A program made the position numbers and the translations under genes. The notes under the pieces were generated by a model, which was not told where the DNA came from, did no database searches, and saw only the letters and a program-made list of their open reading frames with translations. From Ilumatobacteraceae bacterium (lineage in GTDB: Bacteria > Actinomycetota > Acidimicrobiia > Acidimicrobiales > Ilumatobacteraceae), in NCBI GenBank assembly GCA_041918155.1, contig JAYRWH010000017.1, forward strand, positions 12,621-76,620: a stretch of 64,000 nt of DNA, written 5' to 3'. Within the stretch, counting starts at the first letter, position 1; each line of letters starts with the position of its first letter. Shown here piece after piece: positions 37,839-46,425 of the stretch.

Positions 37839-38804
37839 TCACGTCGGGATGTGCACCAACTTCACCATGTTGTGCAGGAAGTGCGGCAGCATGTCGCCCG
37901 TGTCGGTGACGAAGCAGATGAACACATAGTCACCGGCGGCGAGGTCGAACTCGACGATCGCGGACATACCCGGGGCGATCGGCGTGATGCCGCCCCCTGA
38001 CTCGGCGTAACGGGCTGCGACCGCCGGATCGAGCGTCGCCGGGTCGGCGGCGAGCGTCGACATGAACTCCTCCAGGGAGCCGCCTTCGCCGATCCGGCTG
38101 ACGGCCACCTCATGGGCCTGGGCGCCGTTGTTCGTCACCAGCACGCTGCCCTGCCCGTCGAAGCCGGGAGTGATCGAGAAGTCGTACTCGCTCAGCGTGA
38201 GGGTGGCCTCGACGTCGAGCGCCGACAGGTCGGCGGCCTCACCTCCGTCGGTCACCGTTACGGGGGCGAACATGCCCATCGCTGCGTGGGGCACCCCGTC
38301 GGCGCCGGGGATCACGCACAGGGCGATGTAGTTGCCCGGCACGAGGTTCATTTCCGTCGCAACCGTCTTGCCCGGGTCGATGCCGTTCGGACCACCGTAG
38401 AAGTCGATCAGCTGTTGCGCCGCGACCTCATCGGTGGCGAACGTCTGCATGAGCTGGTCGAACGTGGTGCCGTCGTGGATGCGGCCGAGGATCAAGTGGT
38501 GGGTCAGCGTGCCCGTGTTGGTGGCCGACACGCGCACGAAGCCCGCGGGGATCTCCGCAGGCATCTCGACCGTGTACTCGCCGAGCGTGACGTCGATCTG
38601 GGCCGGCTCCGGGGCGGCCACGGCTGCTGTCGTGGAGACCGCGGTCGTGGCTGACGAGGCCGAGGTCGACGTCGTCGAGCCGCCGGCCGTCGTCACCGAG
38701 GGCTTGCTCGATGCGGTGTCGTCATCGCTGCACGACGCGAGCAATAGGCCGGCCGCGGCGGCGACGCTGAGCAGCAACTCGCTGCGGGATCGGGTCCTGT
38801 TCAT
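37839..38804 (-). CDS. Lipoprotein with two tandem cupredoxin-like domains
   Basis: AAGGAG RBS. MNRTRSRSELLLSVAAAAGLLLASCSDD (lipobox). Two homologous halves each keep His...Cys-x9-His-x4-Met (THH...ALCVIPGADGVPHAAMGM and AHE...ICFVTDTGDMLPHFLHNM). Confidence 0.6.
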   Translation of the reverse strand: MNRTRSRSELLLSVAAAAGLLLASCSDDDTASSKPSVTTAGGSTTSTSASSATTAVSTTAAVAAPEPAQIDVTLGEYTVEMPAEIPAGFVRVSATNTGTLTHHLILGRIHDGTTFDQLMQTFATDEVAAQQLIDFYGGPNGIDPGKTVATEMNLVPGNYIALCVIPGADGVPHAAMGMFAPVTVTDGGEAADLSALDVEATLTLSEYDFSITPGFDGQGSVLVTNNGAQAHEVAVSRIGEGGSLEEFMSTLAADPATLDPAVAARYAESGGGITPIAPGMSAIVEFDLAAGDYVFICFVTDTGDMLPHFLHNMVKLVHIPT

Positions 38805-38881
38805 GTGGTGATTGCTCCTTGCTGTATTGAGTTGGTGCGACTTGGTGTGCCTCTGCGACGGCAACGGCAGGACCCGAGGGA

Positions 38882-39172
38882 TCAACCCGGGGGGTGGAGG
38901 GTGACAGTAGCCGCGGTGCCGTCGACCGTGATCACGTCACCGGTCCGCAGCGCCGCAGCAGCGGCCGGAGCAATCGCGATCGCGACGCACCACGCCGGTG
39001 TCGTCGACGAACACACGATGATGTCGCCTGGAGCAACGGCCATCAGATCGGCCACATGGTGGACGACCACGGCCGCGGCCCGCCCAGCCGACGCCACACG
39101 CTGTGCCGCTGCCTCGATCGCTTCCAGCAACGGCTCGCGCTCGTGAACGCTCCCCCCTTCGGCCACGCGCAA
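38882..39172 (-). CDS. Small ORF resembling a degenerate PEP-utilising-enzyme mobile domain
   Basis: ...APGDIIVCSSTTPAW....LRTGDVITVDGTAATVTL matches both ends of the swivel domain, but the central GG..SHAAI..RE..IP segment carrying the phospho-His is absent. Confidence 0.35.
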   Translation of the reverse strand: MRVAEGGSVHEREPLLEAIEAAAQRVASAGRAAAVVVHHVADLMAVAPGDIIVCSSTTPAWCVAIAIAPAAAAALRTGDVITVDGTAATVTLHPPG

Positions 39173-39184
39173 GACACTATGCGG

Positions 39185-41758
39185 TCACGCCAACGCCCTC
39201 TCACGGTCGCGGTCACCGGCGAGTAGCTCGCGGCGCAACGCCACAAGCTTCGCGGCCGGTTCGGCCGCGGCCCACGCGTCGGCGGCGAGCGCCCGCGCGT
39301 AGCTCTCCCACTCGCTGCGCACGCCGGCAAGATCGCCGCGGCGGGCATGAGCGCGCATGCGCAGGGCGATCAGCTCCTCGTGGCCGGCGAGCACCTTGAG
39401 GCCCTGCCCCGTCGCCCAGAACACGCCGTCGATATCGCCGAGCGCGAGATAGTGCTCCGCCAACTCGATCGCCGCACCAGTGGCGAGCAGCACGTGCGCC
39501 GAGGTGATGCCCTCCGCGTCGGTCCAGAGATAGTTCGTTCCCGCGAACGGCAGCCCGCCGAGCAGCGCCACCCCCGGGCGCAGCACTTCGATCGCGTCCA
39601 CAGCTCGCCGGCCACGCGCTGCTGCCACCCGCACGGCAAGCAGGTCGGCGTCGGTGAGCACCGCCTCATGCAACGGCAAGTCCTCGGTGAGCGTGCGGGC
39701 CACCCAATCGGCGTCGTCGGGTGGGGCCACGGCGCGCGCCAGCGCTCGCCGTGCGTCGCTCACCACGTTGGCGAACGTGGCATCGCGCACATCGAGGTCC
39801 CAGAGCGCCGTCCGCGCCGCGGTTCTGGTCGGTCGGTCGCGGTGCTGGCTGAGCCACACCACCAGCTCGAGTGCCTTCGACCGCTCGAACGCGGCAACCT
39901 CGCCGGTGCACGCCACCACTTCCACCGGCCCGAGCACCCGCACCATCAACGCCCACTCGGGCTCGGTGAACGGCTCGCAGTCCGCACGCCCGAAGGCATC
40001 GATGGGCACGACCGGCGCATGCACCTCCGGCTCCGCTGCCGCGGCGGCCAGCACCTCCTGTACGTCGCGGATGTCGTCATCGGTCAGGCCGATCGGGTGC
40101 ACCGTCAGCCCCAGGGGCATCAGCACATGCCGATCACCATGGTCGCGCAGCACCCACTCCTCGCCACCGACCGGCGCATCACAGGCGACCGCCAGCCCGC
40201 GCCCACCACCGATCGCATGCACGTCCGCCGTCACGGCGGGCCCCAGCTCGCGACCGCTGCTGACGACGATCGCGGGTTCCCATGCCTCGCCACCGCGGCC
40301 GCGTGCCCGCAAGGCGAACGTCGAGCAGTTGCGCGCGAGCGACGGAGTGCTGCCGAGAACCATCAGCGCCGCTTCGATCGCGGCCTCGGGGGAGTCCATC
40401 GACTCGCACTCCTGTGCGCCGGGCCAGGTGTCACCGAGGCCGACGGTGAACACCCGCGCCACGTCGAGGAACGGCGAGACCGCCAGCGACGAGGCCATGC
40501 CGCGCAGGATCGCCTCCGCCGACGGGGAGTCGACCATCAGCATGCCCACGGCCTCCAGATCGACGAACACCTCACCTCGACCAGGCGCGCCACCGAGGTG
40601 CACGAGCGCGGGGCACGGCTGGCCACACGTGCGCGCCCCTTCGGCAAGAACGGCCAGATCGACCTCTGCCGCGAGGCGCCACGTCCCGGACTGGATGTCG
40701 AGTGCCCAGGTCGGGTCGTCGGGCACCGCTGCGCCACGCAGGTGGAGGCACACCTCCCCGTGATCGCCGAGCACCGCGGCCGTCACCGAAGCCCCCTGGG
40801 CGGCGAGGTCGCCCGCCGCCGCGCGCAGGGCGACGTCGAGGCGGGCGATGCGCTCGGGAGCGTCGAGCGCGCGCAGGACCACCTCGGTGCGCGTCGCTTC
40901 GCAGCTGGGCAGCGGGATGCGGGCGCCAACGCCCGCCGCGCGCCACTGCCGACGACGGCGCGCCTCCAACACCGACACCGCGCCGGCCGACAGCAGCAAC
41001 GCGGAACCGAGACCGGACGCGAACGAGGAGAGCGACGAGCCCGCCGAGGGCCCCGCCGATGCCGCCGCGGGTACGGTGAACGTTGCGGAGTCAGGCAGCA
41101 ACACCATCATCCCGGCGGGGAACACACCACCGGTCCAGGTGCGGCCGTCGGACGTCGGGCGACCGCTGTTGAGGTCGATGATGAGGTCGCGCAAGTCGGG
41201 TCGTCCGATCGCGACAGCCAGCGAGTACGGCGTCTCGCGGCCGGCGCTCACCACCGTGCTGACAACCGTACTTCCCGTCGTCGGCGCACTCGTCGTCGGC
41301 GCACTAGTACTCGGAACCGTGTCGTCCGCGGCCGTCGCCGCGACCTTCACTCGTGACATGTCGGCCGAGGAGCGGATCATCGGCAGCAGGCTGCCGATCG
41401 CGGCCGTCGCCGACACGGAGGAGATGGCCACGACCCGCACGAGGCCACGCACCCAACCAGAGGGGCCTGCGGGCAGCGGTTCGACACGATCGACCCCGTC
41501 GCGACGCGCGCGGAGGATCTGCGCGAACTCGCCGACCGCGGTGGTGGCGAACCACGCCCAGAGAAGAGCGAAGACGAAGGCGCCGGTGCGGATCACGAGG
41601 TCGCCCGGCACACGACGCTGTCGCCATGATGTGGCAAGTCGTGCGGGGCTGGGGAGCGGGACGCCGATCGTCGCCACGACCACACACGGCAGGCCGATCA
41701 AGAGCGCGAGTAGCAGCACCAGGGCCGCCGCTCGGGGGATCATGCGCAATCGGGACAT
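39185..41758 (-). CDS. Membrane-anchored protein with C-terminal winged-helix plus BTAD (SARP-like) module
   Basis: 857 aa with a GAAAGGA RBS. 3-4 N-terminal TM segments and a LysM-like stretch (YSLAVAIGRPDLRDLIIDLNSGRP...FPAGMMVLLP). A ~400-aa middle is unassigned. The C-terminus reads SKALELVVWLSQHRDRPTRTAARTALW..., then TPR-like BTAD helices ending LIALRMRAHARRGDLAGVRSEWESYARAL. Confidence 0.65.
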   Translation of the reverse strand: MSRLRMIPRAAALVLLLALLIGLPCVVVATIGVPLPSPARLATSWRQRRVPGDLVIRTGAFVFALLWAWFATTAVGEFAQILRARRDGVDRVEPLPAGPSGWVRGLVRVVAISSVSATAAIGSLLPMIRSSADMSRVKVAATAADDTVPSTSAPTTSAPTTGSTVVSTVVSAGRETPYSLAVAIGRPDLRDLIIDLNSGRPTSDGRTWTGGVFPAGMMVLLPDSATFTVPAAASAGPSAGSSLSSFASGLGSALLLSAGAVSVLEARRRRQWRAAGVGARIPLPSCEATRTEVVLRALDAPERIARLDVALRAAAGDLAAQGASVTAAVLGDHGEVCLHLRGAAVPDDPTWALDIQSGTWRLAAEVDLAVLAEGARTCGQPCPALVHLGGAPGRGEVFVDLEAVGMLMVDSPSAEAILRGMASSLAVSPFLDVARVFTVGLGDTWPGAQECESMDSPEAAIEAALMVLGSTPSLARNCSTFALRARGRGGEAWEPAIVVSSGRELGPAVTADVHAIGGGRGLAVACDAPVGGEEWVLRDHGDRHVLMPLGLTVHPIGLTDDDIRDVQEVLAAAAAEPEVHAPVVPIDAFGRADCEPFTEPEWALMVRVLGPVEVVACTGEVAAFERSKALELVVWLSQHRDRPTRTAARTALWDLDVRDATFANVVSDARRALARAVAPPDDADWVARTLTEDLPLHEAVLTDADLLAVRVAAARGRRAVDAIEVLRPGVALLGGLPFAGTNYLWTDAEGITSAHVLLATGAAIELAEHYLALGDIDGVFWATGQGLKVLAGHEELIALRMRAHARRGDLAGVRSEWESYARALAADAWAAAEPAAKLVALRRELLAGDRDRERALA

Positions 41759-41768
41759 TGCGGTCCTT

Positions 41769-42176
41769 TCAGTCGGAGTACGCGAAGCGAGCGGTGCCGG
41801 TGGCCTCGACGGTGACCATCTCCTGCCCGCCGAGGATGAGGAAGACGGTTCGTCGGCGTTCGGTGATCGTCACCGAGACATGGTCGGCCGCGACCTCCAC
41901 CAGCACATCCGTTGCAGCGACGCCGGAGCGCAGTGCGTAGTCCAACGCGGCGGCCTGGGCCTTCACAGGATCGAAGCCGCTGACCGGGGTCGCCGTGGCC
42001 ACCGCCGCCCGGGCCGCCGCCTCGGCGGTGTTCGAGGCATGACGGCGGGCGACCATCACCCGCCCACCGTCGACGATCAACGCCGCGCCAGCAAGGACGA
42101 TGACGAGCATCATCACCATCACGACGGTGATCGTCCCTCCGTCGCGTGCCGCATCGTTGCGCGCGCCGACGGTCAT
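41769..42176 (-). CDS. TadE/TadG-like pseudopilin (cluster 2)
   Basis: Met78 of ORF 41769..42407, ATGA overlap. ARDGGTITVVMVMMLVIVLAGAALIVDGG is a TadG-like N-terminal helix. Confidence 0.65.
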   Translation of the reverse strand: MTVGARNDAARDGGTITVVMVMMLVIVLAGAALIVDGGRVMVARRHASNTAEAAARAAVATATPVSGFDPVKAQAAALDYALRSGVAATDVLVEVAADHVSVTITERRRTVFLILGGQEMVTVEATGTARFAYSD

Positions 42177-42592
42177 CTCCGGTACCGATCCACGGGTTGG
42201 GTATCGCTGACCACGACCGAGCGCCACCCCGGCGCCCACACGCCGGCGAGCGCGGAGTAGGCAACGACGCAGGACACCTGCACAGTGACCGATCCACCTT
42301 GCCAGCTCCCGGTTGGCGAGGCCTGCCACGACAACTGCACCTCGGCCCCGTCGCGGCAGCGACGGCCCAGTAACGAGGCGTCCACCGCGTCGGTGGCCGC
42401 GCTCCACGCCTCATATGGGCTCCGCGCGAGCGATGCGGCCCGCGCCGCCGATTGCGCGGCATTGGTGGTCTGCACACCCGCGGTGTGCAGGCGACCGAGG
42501 AAGCCGATGAAGAGCACAGCAGCGATACAGAAGATGAGGAGGTACATCATCTCCACAGGGGTGGCCACACCGTCGTCGTCACGCCAGGCCAT
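42173..42592 (-). CDS. tadE: TadE-like pseudopilin (cluster 2)
   Basis: DDDGVATPVEMMYLLIFCIAAVLFIGFLG is a TadE N-terminal motif. Confidence 0.7.
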   Translation of the reverse strand: MAWRDDDGVATPVEMMYLLIFCIAAVLFIGFLGRLHTAGVQTTNAAQSAARAASLARSPYEAWSAATDAVDASLLGRRCRDGAEVQLSWQASPTGSWQGGSVTVQVSCVVAYSALAGVWAPGWRSVVVSDTQPVDRYRR

Positions 42593-42595
42593 GGA

Positions 42596-43009
42596 TCACC
42601 TCTCCTTCGGGGCGGCCTCCACCGCCTGCGCCCGAATGCCAATGCTCTCGCCGAGCACGCCCGGCGTGCGGCCGGCGACGACGACCTGCACCGTGTCGCC
42701 CTCGGTACAGCTCACCAGCACACCTACGGCCCAAGAGCCGGCGTGGAGATGCACCATCTCGGTGGCGGCGGCGATGCCTTCCGCGCACGTGCTGCCGTAC
42801 GCCGCTGCCACTCGAGCGCCCTCCGCGGCCGCCTCGTCGAAAACATTGCGCGCGTGCCAGTAGGCGACGGCCTCGAAGATCAGCAGCATCACCATGATCA
42901 CCGCCATCGAGCCGAACAACATCTGGATGGAAACGTCGACCGCGCCGCGGTCGCGGTGGTGCGCCTGCGACCACCGCAACCGCGCACGGGGCGTCCGTCG
43001 CCGGCACAC
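42596..43009 (-). CDS. tadE: TadE-like pseudopilin (cluster 2)
   Basis: HRDRGAVDVSIQMLFGSMAVIMVMLLIFEAV, GTG start 1 nt after the stop of the upstream small gene. Confidence 0.7.
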   Translation of the reverse strand: MCRRRTPRARLRWSQAHHRDRGAVDVSIQMLFGSMAVIMVMLLIFEAVAYWHARNVFDEAAAEGARVAAAYGSTCAEGIAAATEMVHLHAGSWAVGVLVSCTEGDTVQVVVAGRTPGVLGESIGIRAQAVEAAPKER

Positions 43010-43010
43010 G

Positions 43011-43244
43011 TCAGGGAGTCACCGGATCGGGCACGTTGCCCTTGGCCTGGTTGAACTTGGCGCTGAAGAACGCGGTCGCCGCGAGGGCGACGACGATGCC
43101 GACGGCCAGCCACAGCATCTTCGTCACCGCCTCGTCGATACCGCTCTCGTCGTGCCGCTCAGTCCACGCCTTCTTGCCCCGCGTGCACAGCTCGCCGTAG
43201 CCGATCTGCATCCAGACCGCCAGTGAAAGGAGTTGTTCGGTCAT
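43011..43244 (-). CDS. Small single-TM protein, candidate divergent Flp-type pilin (cluster 2)
   Basis: 77 aa, in the position of flp directly after tadC. ~40-aa leader, then ..ESGIDEAVTKMLWLAVGIVVALAATAFF. It lacks the canonical G/XXXXEY motif. Confidence 0.4.
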   Translation of the reverse strand: MTEQLLSLAVWMQIGYGELCTRGKKAWTERHDESGIDEAVTKMLWLAVGIVVALAATAFFSAKFNQAKGNVPDPVTP

Positions 43245-43313
43245 CCGCCTGTCCGTTCTCTTGTTGTGGTGTGTGGTTGGTGATGCACCGCTGCAGGAGG
43301 TGCCCTGTCCGGC

Positions 43314-44198
43314 CTATCCCCCGAACGCGGCACTGATGCGCTGCGCCAAGGGGTAGGCCAAGAACACGATCGTGGAGACCACGAAGCCGATGGTGGGGCC
43401 GGAGAGGTTGGCGTTGGCGCGATCGGCATCACGCTCCAACTCGTCGAGTGCCTTGGCGCGCATCGCCGACGACAAGGTCGCCACCGTCTCGCCGATCGAC
43501 ACGCCTTGCAGCCCCTGGCGCTCCAGCGAGGTGGCGAACTCGCAGAGCTCACGCACGTCGTAGTGCCGGCCGAAGGAATCGAGCGCCTCCCACAGGGCGA
43601 CACCGCGTTGGGGCGCGGTCAGCAACTCATCGCGCAGCGAGTCGAAGGCTGCGCTCGCGCCGACGCTGAGCGCGAAGCGGACGGCCTCCTCGACACTCTG
43701 GTCCGTGGTGAGGCCAACGGCCACTAGTTGCACGAAGTCGTTCGCGGCGCGACGCAACTCACCGCGCCGCCGCTCGATCTTCGCCGCCACGTCCTGCAGG
43801 ATCGTGAACGCACCCATCGCCGCCGCCACGAGGGGCACCACCAGCCACAGTGGTGAGACCGGCAGCATCCCCATGGCCGTCAACGCCGCGACCGAAGCCA
43901 GGACGGCGAGCAACAGGATCCCGGCGGATGTGACAACGCGGGTCACCACGGTCGCCGGCGTGAGCCCCGCCACCGCGAGACCGGCGCCGTACCGACGGTC
44001 GACCCACCGCCCGGGCGCACCCGCGGCGAGCGCTCCGGTCCATGACTGGCCGACCCCGGCAACACTCACTTGCTCGCCGTACATCACCCGCCGGGCCGCG
44101 GCCAACGAGCGCGGCGCCCGCCGCACACCGCGGGCGACGCACCACAGGCCGGCGGCCACCAGCACCGCCGCGGCCGCGCCGAGCTGCAGCGGGTTCAC
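43314..44198 (-). CDS. tadC: TadC-like T2SSF-domain membrane protein (cluster 2)
   Basis: GTG at codon 31 of ORF 43314..44288 forms a GTGA overlap with the tadB stop. TM, helical domain, TM pair architecture. Confidence 0.75.
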   Translation of the reverse strand: MNPLQLGAAAAVLVAAGLWCVARGVRRAPRSLAAARRVMYGEQVSVAGVGQSWTGALAAGAPGRWVDRRYGAGLAVAGLTPATVVTRVVTSAGILLLAVLASVAALTAMGMLPVSPLWLVVPLVAAAMGAFTILQDVAAKIERRRGELRRAANDFVQLVAVGLTTDQSVEEAVRFALSVGASAAFDSLRDELLTAPQRGVALWEALDSFGRHYDVRELCEFATSLERQGLQGVSIGETVATLSSAMRAKALDELERDADRANANLSGPTIGFVVSTIVFLAYPLAQRISAAFGG

Positions 44199-45076
44199 GA
44201 CGCCACCCCTTCGGAGCCTGCGATTCGATAGCGAGCGGGGGCGTCGTAGCGGCACAGCGACCGCAGCCACAGCACGCACCCGAACCACAGCCCGATCGGC
44301 AGCAGCAGCACCATCTGCCCGACGGCAGTGTCGTACGGGTCGAGCAGGTCGCCGCCGGCGAAGCGGAGGTAGAGCACCAGGAACGTGCCGATCCCCACCA
44401 ACCGCTTCATGCTCGACTGGTAGATGGCGCGGGTGCGATCAATGCGCTCGCGGGCGGTGACCTCGCCGCGCGCTGCTGCGGCGAGCGCCTGCACGGTCGC
44501 GTGCAGGCGACCCGCGCCGGCCGAGCCGCCGATCACCAGCCGCATCGCCGCGATCGCCGCGTCGGCGGTGGGGTGCGCGAGATCGTCGGCGAGGTCGGCC
44601 AATGCGTCCTCCGTGCGATAGCCCAGCCGACGGCGATGGGCGAAGGTCTGCAGGGCGCCGGCGATCGCCTCCGGTGGGCGGGCGGCAACCTGCTCGAGCG
44701 CCTCCTCGGCGGCGACGGACGACCCGCGCAGCGTGTCGCGCAAGTCCTCCAGCCACTTCGCGATCCCCTCCAGCCGTTCACGCTCCTCGTCGGCGCGCCG
44801 GTCGTGCAACAGCCGGCCCCACATGGCAACCAGTGCGCCGGCCAGCGCCGCGAGTACTAGCCAACGAGTTGCCAGGAGCACGATCACCCCGGTGGCCGCG
44901 GCCATCGCCCAGCGCCGGTTGCGTTCAGCGCGCTCCGCGGCCACCAGCGCGGGCGGGCGCGCGGACGGGGTGCCTGAGCTGGGCGTGGTGAAGCCGCGCG
45001 CGATCGCCGCCAGAGCGAGGCCGAGGAGCAGCAGCACGCCCAGGGTGACGGCGCTCGGGGGCAGGGGAGCGGACAT
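44195..45076 (-). CDS. tadB: TadB-like T2SSF-domain membrane protein (cluster 2)
   Basis: Only the last 293 codons of the 727-aa track ORF are used (MSAPLPPSAVTLGVLLLLGLALAAI...). The start shares one base with the tadA stop (TGATG). Confidence 0.75.
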   Translation of the reverse strand: MSAPLPPSAVTLGVLLLLGLALAAIARGFTTPSSGTPSARPPALVAAERAERNRRWAMAAATGVIVLLATRWLVLAALAGALVAMWGRLLHDRRADEERERLEGIAKWLEDLRDTLRGSSVAAEEALEQVAARPPEAIAGALQTFAHRRRLGYRTEDALADLADDLAHPTADAAIAAMRLVIGGSAGAGRLHATVQALAAAARGEVTARERIDRTRAIYQSSMKRLVGIGTFLVLYLRFAGGDLLDPYDTAVGQMVLLLPIGLWFGCVLWLRSLCRYDAPARYRIAGSEGVAS

Positions 45077-46425
45077 CACACCACCTGGCGCAGGATTGGC
45101 GCGGCCGAGTGCAACGGACTGTGGGTATCGCCGGCACCATGCCACCATTGGGTGGAGAAGTCGGGTGTCGCCGCGCGCAGGCGATCGAGCATCGGGCGTT
45201 GCGGCTCGGACGCGGGCCGCGCGCGGCGATCGCTGGCGTCGGAGCGTGATGCGAAGAGCCGATGCAGCACGAAGCGCGTACCGTCCTCTTCGACCGATGG
45301 CGCGGCGATCTCGCTGACGTAACGCCCCGAGCGGTTGTCGCCGGCCACGTGCACCACGAGGTCGATACTGCGATACACCTGCCAGCGGGACATCTTCAGC
45401 TCGACACCGTTGTGGTACGCGATCAGCTCGCCGAGCCGCTCGACGCCGTCCTTGGCCGATCCACCGTGCACCGTGGCCATCGCGCCCTGCCCGATCGACA
45501 TCGCCTGCACGAGGGCGCCACCCTCGGGCCCACGGACCTCGCCGACGACGATCCAGTCGGCACGGGTGCGCACGGCCGGAACCATCATGTCGTGGCACGA
45601 GATGCCGACCCCGTCGCTCGTGCTCGGCACCCGCGACTGGTAGGCGTGCACGAACTGGTGATGGCCCATATTCGCAAGGTTGAGCTCGAAGTCGGTCTCG
45701 ACGGTGACGATCACGTCGTCCTCGTCGATCTCGTGCACGAGCGCCCGCAGCAGCGTCGTCTTGCCGCTGCCCATGCGACCACACACCACGACGGTCATGT
45801 CGGCTGCGACCGCGGCGCGCAGCAGAGCCACCGCGCCTTGATCGAGCATGCCGCGCTCGCCGAGCGCCGCGAGATCCATGCCGAACACCGCCGCGCGGCG
45901 GATCGTCACCAGGGGCCGCTGCACGACATCGAAGCCCTCGCCGTGGAAACGCACCCCGGGCTCCAGCTCGAGGTCGACGAACGGGTTCTCGCGGTTGAAT
46001 GGGCGACGGCGCATCGTTGCTGTGTCGTAAATGATTCGCTCGAGGTCGCGGTCGCGACGCACGAGTGGTGGCAACACCTGGCGCGTGCCGTCGGCGCGCT
46101 CCACACGCACAGGGTCGGCTCCGAACACGAGCACGTCGGTGACCTGAGGATCGCGCAGCACGGTGAGCAGCCGGGGCAGCCCGAACAGCTCCGACACGAC
46201 GCGCTCGACGATGGCCGCGTGCTCCTCCACCGCGAGCGGTGTGGCCCGCGCGGTCATCCGCTGGCGATCCACCTCGAGGAGCACCACGCGCTCGAGCACG
46301 TCGCGCGTCATCTCCTCGCGGAGGTCGCGCTCGCTCGCGCTCTCGTCGCGGCCGGGCACCGGGAAGCGGTCGCCCCACTGGCGACGCACCTCGACGGCGA
46401 GTTGATCGAGTTCGTCATCGGTCAT
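45076..46425 (-). CDS. tadA: TadA/CpaF-family secretion ATPase (cluster 2)
   Basis: 449 aa. Walker A GRMGSGKTT, Asp box VTVETDFEL, Walker B DWIVVGEVRG, His box GQGAMATVHGG. Confidence 0.92.
   Translation of the reverse strand: MTDDELDQLAVEVRRQWGDRFPVPGRDESASERDLREEMTRDVLERVVLLEVDRQRMTARATPLAVEEHAAIVERVVSELFGLPRLLTVLRDPQVTDVLVFGADPVRVERADGTRQVLPPLVRRDRDLERIIYDTATMRRRPFNRENPFVDLELEPGVRFHGEGFDVVQRPLVTIRRAAVFGMDLAALGERGMLDQGAVALLRAAVAADMTVVVCGRMGSGKTTLLRALVHEIDEDDVIVTVETDFELNLANMGHHQFVHAYQSRVPSTSDGVGISCHDMMVPAVRTRADWIVVGEVRGPEGGALVQAMSIGQGAMATVHGGSAKDGVERLGELIAYHNGVELKMSRWQVYRSIDLVVHVAGDNRSGRYVSEIAAPSVEEDGTRFVLHRLFASRSDASDRRARPASEPQRPMLDRLRAATPDFSTQWWHGAGDTHSPLHSAAPILRQVV

Noticed and set aside
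45077-46378. Upstream 434 codons of the 727-aa minus-strand ORF that ends as TadB
   Set aside because: This part overlaps tadA in another frame and is extremely Arg-rich. Only the last 293 codons, from MSAPLPP at the tadA stop, look like a T2SSF membrane protein.
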